Source: Fimbriimonadia bacterium
Lineage (GTDB): Bacteria > Armatimonadota > Fimbriimonadia > Fimbriimonadales > JABRVX01
NCBI GenBank assembly: GCA_041483895.1
Contig: JBGPGO010000001.1
Coordinates: 192,001-256,000 of the forward strand
Direction: 5' to 3'
DNA length: 64,000 bases
Position numbers and translations under genes: made by a program. Positions 48,402 to 57,557 of this stretch are shown piece by piece. How positions within the stretch are numbered: position 1 is the stretch's first letter; each line of letters starts with the position of its first letter. The notes below the pieces were generated by a model. The model was not told the DNA's origin and ran no database searches. It saw only the letters and a list, made by a program, of their open reading frames with translations.

Positions 48402-49199
48402 TTACTTGCGTCGTCGGCGAAGGCCAACGATACCAAGCAGACCCGTGACAATCGCCGCATAGGTGCTCGGTTCTGGAGCTACCTCCAAAACGAGGTTGGA
48501 CTTGTCGTTCGGCGGCCCGAAAGCGAAGGCTTCGTTGTTTTCCAGGAAGGTGTTGCTGTTGGCATCGCGCCAATAGTAATTGGATCCCGTTCCTTTCTCT
48601 ACCCCGCCGACCGAATATCCCGGTCGACCGTCTACGTCCGTCGCCGTGTTCGTGGCATTCCAGATCTGCTCCTCATACGCAAAGAACGTATTGACGAAGT
48701 TGATCTTCGAGCTGGTAGTCACGGTGAAGATGTAGATAAAGCCCTGCGGAAGGTTACCGGTACCGAAGGCAAATCCGCCAATGAAGCCGCTCATGACGTT
48801 GGACAATAGCGGGGCCGAATAGTTCATCGTTCCCCAGAACAGGCAGTTCGGTACATACGCTCTGCCAACAGAGCCACCGGTAACGGCGACGATGCCGACC
48901 TTGAACCTATCCGCACCCACGGGAGCCGTGAGAAAAGCTTCGTTCAATCGGCGATAGGTCGTCGCAGCCGTGGAACTTACGTAAGGACCTTGCGTGTTGG
49001 AATAGTAAGCGCCCGGACCGACTGCTTGGGAGGAAACATCTCCAATCCAGCTCTCTTCCGGACCACCATAGGTCATCATATCGCCATTCACCGAGGTTAT
49101 CTGTCGGCGCGTAGCTGAGATGACCGTGGCATTAAGCAGGCTCTGACCAAAGCTTGCCGTTACGGCAGCAATCGCCAGAAAGGAATATAGAATGCGCAT
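48402..49199 (-). CDS. PEP-CTERM protein
   Basis: Signal peptide; VAPEPSTYAAIVTGLLGIVGLRRRRK. Confidence 0.88.
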   Translation of the reverse strand: MRILYSFLAIAAVTASFGQSLLNATVISATRRQITSVNGDMMTYGGPEESWIGDVSSQAVGPGAYYSNTQGPYVSSTAATTYRRLNEAFLTAPVGADRFKVGIVAVTGGSVGRAYVPNCLFWGTMNYSAPLLSNVMSGFIGGFAFGTGNLPQGFIYIFTVTTSSKINFVNTFFAYEEQIWNATNTATDVDGRPGYSVGGVEKGTGSNYYWRDANSNTFLENNEAFAFGPPNDKSNLVLEVAPEPSTYAAIVTGLLGIVGLRRRRK

Positions 49200-49469
49200 T
49201 CCTAGCTAACTCCTTTTCGTATTGCTAAGGATTAGCCATCCAAATGGTACTTTGTATTACAATAAGAATACCCAGGAAGACAGAATGAAGCTAAAGCAGT
49301 GCCAGGAAGTTTAACACGGAACCGAGTTCGCGTCAAGGTCATTAAAGCTATTTAATGAATGACGCCCAGCAGTGCGGCACCCCTTACGTTTGTATAGGTC
49401 CAGGTTCGAATCGTCGCGGGGTGAGGGTATAATCCGGGCATCCATTGGAGGAGATGGTCCGTCCGAGCC

Positions 49470-49766
49470 TTGAGAAACATTCACATCCCGGAACGGACCT
49501 GCGCTGGATGTGGGCGAAAACATCCAAAGGCCTCGCTTTTTCGAGTGGCAAAACCGGCTGACGGAGTTGCCACAATCGACAGCCTGGGTAGGCTGTTCGG
49601 TCGCAGCGCCTACCTGTGCAGTTCGGATTGCCTGGCAGCCGCACTGAAATCCGGCAGGCTGCAAAGAGCGCTGAGAACCGTGCTGGACGAGGCCGACAAA
49701 GATTCGCTCCGACAATGGGCACTACATGAGGTGACGTTTGGAGGCAACAAAACTGAAGCTGAGTGA
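49470..49766 (+). CDS. ylxR: YlxR-family RNA-binding protein
   Basis: PERTCAGC..K..L.R..GRSAYLC..C..LQRAL; upstream of infB. Confidence 0.88.
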   Translation: MRNIHIPERTCAGCGRKHPKASLFRVAKPADGVATIDSLGRLFGRSAYLCSSDCLAAALKSGRLQRALRTVLDEADKDSLRQWALHEVTFGGNKTEAE

Positions 49767-51678
49767 CCTGGCGAAAGAGATGGGTATCTTGCCGTCTCAG
49801 CTCGTGCACGTGCTGGCTCAGCTGGGATTCTCATCGGCAGATGCCGACCCGGAACTTGGGCCGGATGAGGTCGAAGCTGCCAAGGAGCTCGCTCAGGAAG
49901 CCGATTTCGACAACGACAGAGTCTTTGCCCCGCCAAACCAGACCCTCCGATCCCTCGCAAAAATTCTCAACGTCCAACCTGCGGACATCCAAAAGAAGAT
50001 GATGGCCCACGGGACCCTCATCGCCGTGACGCAGAAACTTAAGCCGGAATTGGCCGAGCAGATCGCTGACGAAATGGGCTATGCGCTGGCCTGGGAGGAT
50101 GAAGCACCGAGCAAGGCGCTCGTGGCGCCGAAGAAGGCCAAACCTGCGGCAAAGGCCGGTGCGCAGCCTCGTCCGCCCATCGTAACAATCCTTGGCCACG
50201 TCGATCACGGCAAGACATCGCTGCTGGACTACATACGGAAAGCGAACGTGGCAAGCGGCGAGCATGGCGGCATCACCCAGCATATCGGCGCCTACCAGGT
50301 CGAGGTCGAGGGAAAAAAGATAACGTTTTTGGACACGCCGGGCCACGAGGCGTTCACAGCGATGCGGGCGCGAGGAGCCCAGGTCACGGATATCGCCGTA
50401 TTGGTCGTCGCGGCGGACGACGGGGTCATGCCGCAGACCAAAGAGGCGATCGACCATGCCAAGAATGCCGGGGTTCCCATCATTGTCGCCATCAATAAAA
50501 TCGACAAGCCGGATTCCCAGCCGGAGCGGGTAAAGCAGCAATTGACAGAATTTGGCCTCGTTGCCGAAGAATGGGGCGGCGATGTCATCGTTTGCAACGT
50601 ATCTGCCCTCACCGGTGAAGGCGTGCCGCATCTTCTGGAAATGATCTTGCTGGTCGCGGAAGTCAACGCCATCTCCGGCAACCCCAAAGCGCCCGTGGAA
50701 GCCGTTGTCGTCGAAGCCCGCCTGGACAAGGGCCGCGGACCGTTGGCGACTGTACTGGTGCATGATGGCACGCTCCATCGGGGCGATGCCATCCAAGTGA
50801 ATCAGGCGTACGGCACCGTGCGAGCGATGAACGATTATTTGGGCCAACCTCTGACAGAAGTGGGACCCGGGACCCCGGCGGAGATTGTTGGCCTGTCCCA
50901 ACCGCCCGAGGCCGGCGACCGGTTGAAAGTGTTCACCACCGATCGGGAAGCAAGGAATGCCGCACAGGGAGCGCAAGAGGAAATCAGAGAAGCTTCCCTC
51001 GCGCCGACTCACCATCACAAGGCCTCGCTGCAAGATCTGATCAAGGCGATGGAAGCGCAGGAAGTTAAAGTCCTCAATATCGTTGTTCGGGCGGACGTGC
51101 GGGGATCGGCTGAGGCCATCACAGAACAGCTCAACAAGGTGCGTGTGGAAGATGTTGAGGTGAGGGTGGTTTCGACCGGCGTCGGCTCGATCACGGAAAA
51201 CGACGTGCTGCTGGCCCGCGCCTCCAACGCCATCTGCATCTGCTTCAATACCCATCCGGAGCCCGGCGCGAAGAAGACCGCAAAAGACAACGGCATAGAC
51301 ATCCGCACCTACAACGTTATTTACGAATTGCTGGAAGACATTCGCTTGGCGGCAAAGGGCATGCTGGAGCCCAAGTTCGAAGAGATCAAATTGGGGGTTG
51401 CGGAAATCCGGCGTGTTTACAAGCTATCGCGCGGCTACACGATTGCCGGCTGTTATGTTACCGAGGGCAAGATCGTTCGGAACGCCAAGGTCCGGTTGTG
51501 GCGGTCGGGGCATGAGGAGCCGATTTGGCAGGGCGCCATCGCTTCCCTGAAGCATATCAAAGAGGACATTCGTGAGGCTGCGGCCGGGTTCGAATGCGGC
51601 ATCCAACTCGACAATTTTACTGGGTACGCCGAACACGACACGATCGAGTGCTACCAGCTCGAGCAGATCAACACCTAA
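49738..51678 (+). CDS. infB: Translation initiation factor IF-2
   Basis: [44 protein letters not shown]. Confidence 0.97.
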   Translation: MEATKLKLSDLAKEMGILPSQLVHVLAQLGFSSADADPELGPDEVEAAKELAQEADFDNDRVFAPPNQTLRSLAKILNVQPADIQKKMMAHGTLIAVTQKLKPELAEQIADEMGYALAWEDEAPSKALVAPKKAKPAAKAGAQPRPPIVTILGHVDHGKTSLLDYIRKANVASGEHGGITQHIGAYQVEVEGKKITFLDTPGHEAFTAMRARGAQVTDIAVLVVAADDGVMPQTKEAIDHAKNAGVPIIVAINKIDKPDSQPERVKQQLTEFGLVAEEWGGDVIVCNVSALTGEGVPHLLEMILLVAEVNAISGNPKAPVEAVVVEARLDKGRGPLATVLVHDGTLHRGDAIQVNQAYGTVRAMNDYLGQPLTEVGPGTPAEIVGLSQPPEAGDRLKVFTTDREARNAAQGAQEEIREASLAPTHHHKASLQDLIKAMEAQEVKVLNIVVRADVRGSAEAITEQLNKVRVEDVEVRVVSTGVGSITENDVLLARASNAICICFNTHPEPGAKKTAKDNGIDIRTYNVIYELLEDIRLAAKGMLEPKFEEIKLGVAEIRRVYKLSRGYTIAGCYVTEGKIVRNAKVRLWRSGHEEPIWQGAIASLKHIKEDIREAAAGFECGIQLDNFTGYAEHDTIECYQLEQINT

Positions 51679-51744
51679 ACCGCTAACAGTCTCTGGTCTT
51701 GAACAATGGCACGGCGGTACACTTCTCTAAGAGATATCCGCTAA

Positions 51745-51873
51745 ATTTCCCTCGACGATCGCATCGTCGAGGTGGGGTTTAGAGATATCCCTTCACAGTC
51801 GTATTGTGAAGGGTAGGCAGTGAAGTGTAATTCTCCCTTCACAATCCCTATTGTGAAGGGTCTGGATTGAAGG
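51745..51873 (+). repeat. Three tandem copies (B, C, D) of the dispersed palindromic element
   Basis: CCTCGACGAT-CGC-ATCGTCGAGG; CCCTTCACAGT-CGT-ATTGTGAAGGG; CCCTTCACAAT-CCCT-ATTGTGAAGGG-TCTGG. Confidence 0.75.
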
Positions 51874-51881
51874 AGTGGCGT

Positions 51882-52586
51882 ATGTCGACCTCGATTACTT
51901 GGCTCGGCCATGCGGGGATAAAGCTGGTTAGCCCCGGTGGAAAAACGATCCTGATTGATCCCTGGTTTACGGGCAACCCAAAGGCCCCCTTCCCCATCGA
52001 ACAGCTCGACCGCTGCGATCTGCTGCTGATTACTCACGCCCACAGCGACCACGCCTCGGACGCGCCGGCCATCGCCAAGCGCTTCGGCTGCCCTCTGGTC
52101 ACGATCTTCGATTTCACCCAGATCCTGGCGAAGCAAGGGCTGGAAAACCTGATCGGCATCAACAAGGGTGGCTCGGTGGAGGTGCAAGGCATCAAGATAA
52201 CCGCCACTCAGGCTCTGCATAGCTCGACCTATACCGGTCCCGATGGCGAATCGGTCTACGCCGGGGAGCCAATGGGGTTTGTCCTCCGGCTGGAGGACGG
52301 AACGACGCTGTATCATGCCGGAGATACCGCTCTGTTTTGGGACATGAAGCTGATCGGGGAGATGCACCATCCCTCGCTCGCTTTCTTGCCGATCGGCGAC
52401 CATTTTACGATGGGTCCCATGGACGCGGCGTATGCGGCGAAGCTGCTGGAAGTGAAGAAGATCGTGCCGATCCACTGGGGCACCTTCCCACTTCTCATCG
52501 GCACGCCAGGGATGCTGAAACATCATCTGGAAGACACCAAGATCGACGTGATCGACCTGGCCCCCGGCGGGAGCTATACGCTGTAG
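51882..52586 (+). CDS. Metallo-beta-lactamase-fold hydrolase (UPF0173-like)
   Basis: WLGHA, IDPW, THAHSDH, YHAGDT, LPIG..FTMG, PIHWGTF. Confidence 0.9.
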   Translation: MSTSITWLGHAGIKLVSPGGKTILIDPWFTGNPKAPFPIEQLDRCDLLLITHAHSDHASDAPAIAKRFGCPLVTIFDFTQILAKQGLENLIGINKGGSVEVQGIKITATQALHSSTYTGPDGESVYAGEPMGFVLRLEDGTTLYHAGDTALFWDMKLIGEMHHPSLAFLPIGDHFTMGPMDAAYAAKLLEVKKIVPIHWGTFPLLIGTPGMLKHHLEDTKIDVIDLAPGGSYTL

Positions 52587-52593
52587 CCGTTAC

Positions 52594-52629
52594 ATCCCTC
52601 AAACAGGTCCTCCTGTTGAGGGTCTTTGG
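52594..52629 (+). repeat. Dispersed palindromic element, copy E
   Basis: AT-CCCTCAAACAGG-TCCT-CCTGTTGAGGG-TCTTTGG; both ends identical to copy A. Confidence 0.7.
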
Positions 52630-52743
52630 GACGCTCCCTGCCACCAAAACCCCCTCGGATGGTGTAAGATATCCACATGGCAGGCAACCGGCATTTCGGG
52701 AGATAAGTAAGATGAGTTCATCATGGCCGAAGCGGTCGGTACG

Positions 52744-52772
52744 GACCCTCAACAATATGATTGTTGAGGCAT
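52744..52772 (-). repeat. Dispersed palindromic element, copy F (inverted)
   Basis: Reverse strand reads ATG-CCTCAACAAT-CAT-ATTGTTGAGG-GTC. Confidence 0.7.
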
Positions 52773-53434
52773 TACATTCGAGGAGCAATCCGACCTTGCG
52801 GACCCAGGACAGCAAGCCGACGACCTGGACCTACGACGCTCTGGGGAGGCTGACCGGCGAGAAGTACGGCGGCACCCCGGCCTACAACCACACGTTTGCC
52901 TACGATTCTGTTGGCAACCGAACCATGTGGCACAAGGGCGGGACCGGCTTTAGCGAGAAGTACCATTTGAACACCTACGACAAGGCCGATCAGTTGACTC
53001 ACAGGACGGAAAAGGATGGGTTGCCGCAGACCGATTGGACCTACGTGCATGATGAGCGTGGTAACATGACAGAGTGGGGTCAAGGAGCAGGGTTACCGCT
53101 CAGCAACCCGACGACCTACGCGTATGATCTTGCGAACCGGATGATCAGCATCATTGCTTCCGGCGGTCTAAGGAGCACTTACACTTACGATGGTGACGGG
53201 TTGCGCCGCTCCAAGTGGGAACCGGCGGGGAGTCTGACCACCTTCGTCTGGGACGGCGATGATGTATTGCAAGAGAGAACGGACTAGTCATGGGAGTCGT
53301 CAACTACAGCTACGGCAACGGGCAGTTGGTTTCGGAGACGAGAGCAGGCGTCCATTCCGCCTACTGGTTCGATGCCCTGGGTAACACCACCAAGCTGATC
53401 GACACAACGAGCCTCACCGTTACCGACAAGTTGA
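52773..53434 (+). pseudogene. Internal fragment of an RHS/YD-repeat gene, frameshifted and truncated at both ends
   Basis: TYDALGRL, AYDSVGNR, YDKADQL, YDLANRM, YDGDGLR; after a frameshift near 53280 it continues ..YWFDALGNTTKLIDT..VTD; no DPxG or toxin tip. Confidence 0.85.
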
Positions 53435-53466
53435 ATCCCTAAACAATCACATTGTTTAGGGGCTGG
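53435..53466 (+). repeat. Dispersed palindromic element, copy G
   Basis: AT-CCCTAAACAAT-CAC-ATTGTTTAGGG-GCTGG. Confidence 0.7.
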
Positions 53467-53511
53467 TTTTGTATCCCTCCGCACGACGTGCGGAGGGAAT
53501 GCGCGTCCGAT

Positions 53512-53913
53512 CTACTTCCGCCTACCCGTCGGGCCGACCTGCTCCGGGAGGAGGTGCATGGCATCGATGTTCTTCGCCAACTGATCGCGCCACGATTTTG
53601 CGACCTTGTCCACCGTCGTCTTCGCCAGTTTCGCGTCTGCGACAGTCGCCACCGCGAATAGGTGACCCTTGACATAGATCGACCGATCCGCGCCGGTCTT
53701 CTTGATCACCACCTCCGCCGGTGTGATACTCGTCTCACCCAAGATATCGATCATCCTGCTGTCGATCTCGGCCACGCGCTGCGCCGGGGTCTTCCCCGCC
53801 GCAGAAGCCGTAATATAGAAAATCGTCCTACCCGCAAATGTGACAGGCTCGGCAAGCGCCGGCACGGTGAGCGCCACCACCGCTATCGCAATCATCCATC
53901 GCAAAACCTTCAT
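53512..53913 (-). CDS. Small secreted hypothetical protein
   Basis: AAGGAGG RBS, upstream TATAAT, signal peptide ending ALA. Confidence 0.7.
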   Translation of the reverse strand: MKVLRWMIAIAVVALTVPALAEPVTFAGRTIFYITASAAGKTPAQRVAEIDSRMIDILGETSITPAEVVIKKTGADRSIYVKGHLFAVATVADAKLAKTTVDKVAKSWRDQLAKNIDAMHLLPEQVGPTGRRK

Positions 53914-53992
53914 TCCATCCTCCTTGCTTTGGGCCTATGCGCCCGGTTCGGCCCGATTATACCGGGGTACCATCGGCGCGAGGAGGAATGCA

Positions 53993-55585
53993 ATGACGCT
54001 TGAGCAGTTTATCGAGGACCACACGAATACGGTCGAGGCGCTGGCAACTGAGGCGCACGGAGCCTATTGGGACTTTGAGACCACCGGCAAGGAAGAGGCC
54101 ATGAACCGCGCGGCCGAAGCGGACAAGAAGCATCGCGGGGTGTATGCCGAGCCGGGACCATTGGCGTTCCTCAAGGGAATCGATGGTTCCTCGATCTCTG
54201 ATGCCCGGACGCGGCGCATTCATAAATTGCTCGTTGACGCTTATCGCGGTGGGCAGATGAGCAAGGAGGCCATCGCGGCCATCGTCGCCAAAGAGACCGA
54301 GATTGGGAACATCTATAACCACTTTCGGTCCGAGTTGAACGGCGAAAAAGTTTCTGACAACGTGATCGTCGATATCTTGCGGGCAAGCAACGATAAAGGG
54401 GAGCGGCGGGCGGCATGGGAGGCTAGCAAGCAGATCGGCCCCTCTGTTGCGCCGCTGATCAGGGAGGTCGCCGATCTTCGAAACAGGGAATCCAAACGGC
54501 TGGGATTCAAGGACTTTTATTGGCAGAGCATGGAATTGCAGGAGCAGAATGTGGACGAGCTGTTTGGGTTGCTCGGCGAATTGGACCGCGCATCCGAGCT
54601 GCTGTTCACCAAATTGAAGTCGCAGCTCGATGAGGAGATTGGGACGCGATGTAGGCTTTCTGAGACGGAAAAATCGATGCCGTGGAATTATGCCGACCCG
54701 TTTTTCCAAGGAGCGCCTCCGGGAAAACTAAATCTCGACAAGTATTTTGAGGAAAAGAATCTGGAAGAGCTGACGATCCGATTCTTCGACCGCATTGGTC
54801 TGCCGATTGCAGACCTATTGCCTAAGTCAAGCTTGTATGAGGCGGTGGGAAAGAACCAACACGCATCCTGCCACGACATCGATCGCAAAGGGGACGTGCG
54901 GGTGCTGTGCAACATCCGCCCGACATCGCGGTGGATGGGTACTATGCTGCACGAGTTCGGCCATGCGGTATATGATAAGTATATGGACGCATCCCTGCCG
55001 TGGCTGCTCCGCACACCAAGTCATATTCTGACGACGGAAGCCATCGCTATCTTCATGGGTGGGCTCAGCAGCGGCGAGGCATGGTTGAAAGAGTATGTGG
55101 GAGTGGAGCCGTCCGAGGCCGCCGCCGTCGCCGCCGAGGCACGCCGCGAGGACCGGGCGCAAAAACTGATATTCACGCGATGGGTGCTAGTGATGACCGC
55201 ATTCGAGCGTGGTATGTATGAGAACCCGGATCGCGATCTCAATTCGTTTTGGTGGGACAGTGTGACAAAGTTCCAACAGGTGCGAAAACCGGAGGGACGC
55301 AACGGGCCGGATTGGGCGACGAAGTTGCACGTTGCGCTTGCGCCGGCATACTATCATAACTATCTGTTGGGTGATATGTATGCGTGCCAATTGCGGCATC
55401 ACATACTTACCAACGTGTTAGATGGCGGTGACATGCATGACTTGGTTACCAGCAAGCGGCTCGGCGAATTTTTGCGCGATGGTTTGTTTGCGATGGGTGC
55501 GTCGCATGAATGGAAGGAGACCATAGAGCGGACGACGGGCGAGCCGTTGAATCCGGCGTATTTTGTCAAAGAGTGTCAGGAGTGA
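53993..55585 (+). CDS. M3/M2-like zinc metallopeptidase
   Basis: GAGGAGG RBS; LHEFGHA, TEAIA, H....AYYHNY. Confidence 0.88.
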   Translation: MTLEQFIEDHTNTVEALATEAHGAYWDFETTGKEEAMNRAAEADKKHRGVYAEPGPLAFLKGIDGSSISDARTRRIHKLLVDAYRGGQMSKEAIAAIVAKETEIGNIYNHFRSELNGEKVSDNVIVDILRASNDKGERRAAWEASKQIGPSVAPLIREVADLRNRESKRLGFKDFYWQSMELQEQNVDELFGLLGELDRASELLFTKLKSQLDEEIGTRCRLSETEKSMPWNYADPFFQGAPPGKLNLDKYFEEKNLEELTIRFFDRIGLPIADLLPKSSLYEAVGKNQHASCHDIDRKGDVRVLCNIRPTSRWMGTMLHEFGHAVYDKYMDASLPWLLRTPSHILTTEAIAIFMGGLSSGEAWLKEYVGVEPSEAAAVAAEARREDRAQKLIFTRWVLVMTAFERGMYENPDRDLNSFWWDSVTKFQQVRKPEGRNGPDWATKLHVALAPAYYHNYLLGDMYACQLRHHILTNVLDGGDMHDLVTSKRLGEFLRDGLFAMGASHEWKETIERTTGEPLNPAYFVKECQE

Positions 55586-55606
55586 TTGAACTCCGCAACG
55601 CAGGAC

Positions 55607-55945
55607 CTATGGATGCGGCTGGTGCCAATCGATAACGGAGAACTTTCCGATTTGGAAGTCGTGGATGCGCTCTTCTATGGCGAGAATGCACGCTTGGTAA
55701 TCCTCCAAAGTATCAATAACTGCTGCTGGTACAACAACCGCAATCTTGAGATGCGCGATGGACGTCTGAAACGGCAGATTAGCATCAACGGTAAAAATCA
55801 GGTCGAATTCCTCGCTTGCTCGTTCTAACAGCTCACCGTTATCGATTCCCAACCACTTCATATCTCGGACATGGCGAACGAAGTGCTCATCTGAAAAGAA
55901 GCGCTTGCAACGTCGATCGACGCATTCATCAAGGAGGATTTTCAT
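55607..55945 (-). CDS. PIN-like toxin (DUF5615-like)
   Basis: MKILLDECV..W.G..NGELL..FD...TVD.NL..Q. Confidence 0.85.
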   Translation of the reverse strand: MKILLDECVDRRCKRFFSDEHFVRHVRDMKWLGIDNGELLERASEEFDLIFTVDANLPFQTSIAHLKIAVVVPAAVIDTLEDYQACILAIEERIHDFQIGKFSVIDWHQPHP

Positions 55946-55952
55946 CCGAAGA

Positions 55953-56183
55953 CTAGGCTGACTTCGCCTGGAGAGTTTCATGTTCAAGCGATTCGAGCGT
56001 GTGGGTCAGGACGGCAACAGCTTGCTCCCTCGAAACGCTTGGAAATCCGTCCAGAAAGTAATCGATATCGTGTCCGTGCTCCAAGTAGGAAAATAGAATT
56101 CGGACGGGTACGCGCGTCCCGGCGAAACATAGCGCCCCGCTCATTATTTTCGGATTCCTTCGGATTGCTTCATCGATCTTCAT
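55953..56183 (-). CDS. DUF433 antitoxin
   Basis: P.IMSG..CFAGTRVPV..L..G..FLDGFPSV. Confidence 0.88.
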   Translation of the reverse strand: MKIDEAIRRNPKIMSGALCFAGTRVPVRILFSYLEHGHDIDYFLDGFPSVSREQAVAVLTHTLESLEHETLQAKSA

Positions 56184-56207
56184 TACGACCTGATTATGAC
56201 CTATTTA

Positions 56208-57557
56208 TTAGGATCTCGCACCATCAACTCCTGATATTTTTACGGCCTGTTGGACATCCACAGCCTTAACGACCTTCAGCCCCGCGTCATCGGAATGGGC
56301 CTGATTCGCGCTCACCAAAGCGTTCTTGAACCCCAACCGCGCTGCCTCTTTCAACCGCCGATCCGCGTGATTCACCGACCGAATCTCGCCCCCAAGGCCG
56401 ACCTCGCCAAATGCGATCAGGTCAGGACGGAGCGGCTTGTCTCGAAGGCTGGAGGCGGCGGCAAGCAGCGCCGGAAGATCAGCCGCCGGCTCGTCGATCC
56501 GCAGCCCCGCCGTTACATTGATGAAGACGTCCTGCGCTCCCATCCGCATGTTCAGCCGCTTCTCCATTACCGCCAAAACAATTGTCATCCGGTTATAGTC
56601 CGCGCCGGTGATCACGCGCCGCGGGCTGGTCAGAAAACTCGGCGTGCATAGCGCCTGGATCTCCGCCAGCAGACACCGCGTGCCTTCCATGATCGGCACT
56701 ACAGCAGACCCGGACGCCTCTTTCGACCGTTCCGATAGCAGTGCGGCCGAGGCATTTTCCACATAGCGCAGACCGGTCTCCCCCATCTCGAACAGAGCGA
56801 TTTCCTCTGTTGCGCCAAATCGGTTTTTTGCGGCGCGCAACACCCGATACGGACCGGTGCGCTCGCCATCGAAGTAAAGAACGACATCCACCAAATGCTC
56901 CAAAACTCGCGGCCCGGCAATCGAGCCATCCTTCGTCACGTGGCCAATGAGAACTATTGGAACGTCCGTCTCTTTGGCAATCCGTTGGAGGATCGCGGCG
57001 CACTCCCTCACTTGGCCGACGCTGCCTGGCGCCGACTGCAACGAATCCGTTCGCACCGCCTGAATCGAATCGACGATGACCAAACTCGCCGCCGGAATGA
57101 GCGTTGCGATCGATTCCACGAAGTTCTCGCTGGTGATGAGAAAATTTTCCGGGAGCCGTCCCAGCCGCTCCGTTCGCATCTTCACCTGCTTCGGCGATTC
57201 TTCCGCCGAGACATAGAGGACGGTTTCCTGACCGGCGATTTGCATCGCGGCTTGGGTAACGAGTGTCGACTTCCCTACGCCCGGCTCTCCGCCGATCAGA
57301 ATGACGGATCCGGGCACGATTCCGCCGCCCAGAACCTGGTCCAACCCCGCGACATTGGTTGGCCGCCGATCCTCCGGCGCTGACGGCACCGCCATGAGTG
57401 CAATCGCTTGCGTTGTCGCAACCTTCGATGGCGCGCGATGGCTCGTCGGCTCCTCCACGATGGAGTTCCATGAGTTGCAGGCGGCGCACCGGCCGGTCCA
57501 TTTAGCCGACTCCGCGCCGCATTCTTGACAAATGAACTGGGTGGTTGCTTTAGCCAT
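56208..57557 (-). CDS. radA: DNA repair protein RadA/Sms
   Basis: CQECG..C..C Zn finger, GEPGVGKST, KNRFG, GEVGLGGE. Confidence 0.96.
   Translation of the reverse strand: MAKATTQFICQECGAESAKWTGRCAACNSWNSIVEEPTSHRAPSKVATTQAIALMAVPSAPEDRRPTNVAGLDQVLGGGIVPGSVILIGGEPGVGKSTLVTQAAMQIAGQETVLYVSAEESPKQVKMRTERLGRLPENFLITSENFVESIATLIPAASLVIVDSIQAVRTDSLQSAPGSVGQVRECAAILQRIAKETDVPIVLIGHVTKDGSIAGPRVLEHLVDVVLYFDGERTGPYRVLRAAKNRFGATEEIALFEMGETGLRYVENASAALLSERSKEASGSAVVPIMEGTRCLLAEIQALCTPSFLTSPRRVITGADYNRMTIVLAVMEKRLNMRMGAQDVFINVTAGLRIDEPAADLPALLAAASSLRDKPLRPDLIAFGEVGLGGEIRSVNHADRRLKEAARLGFKNALVSANQAHSDDAGLKVVKAVDVQQAVKISGVDGARS

Noticed and set aside
49831..51255. Long antisense ORFs (also 19223..20098, 27292..28197, 37660..38667, 42160..43068, 44481..45485, 63076..63849)
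   Set aside because: Shadow frames of well-supported genes in GC-rich DNA, with no motifs of their own
51745..51873. CRISPR array (hairpin units, one ending GGATTGAAGG)
   Set aside because: Units are adjacent with no spacers, differ in sequence, and no cas genes are in the window; better explained as the dispersed palindrome family
52337..53287. Intact 316-aa RHS protein
   Set aside because: The N-terminal half overlaps the hydrolase gene and repeat DNA; the RHS part is an internal, frameshifted fragment
23229..53466. Palindromic elements as integron attC sites or Rex operators
   Set aside because: No RYYYAAC/GTTRRRY cores and no integron integrase; arm order and covariation do not fit TTGTGAA-N4-TTCACAA
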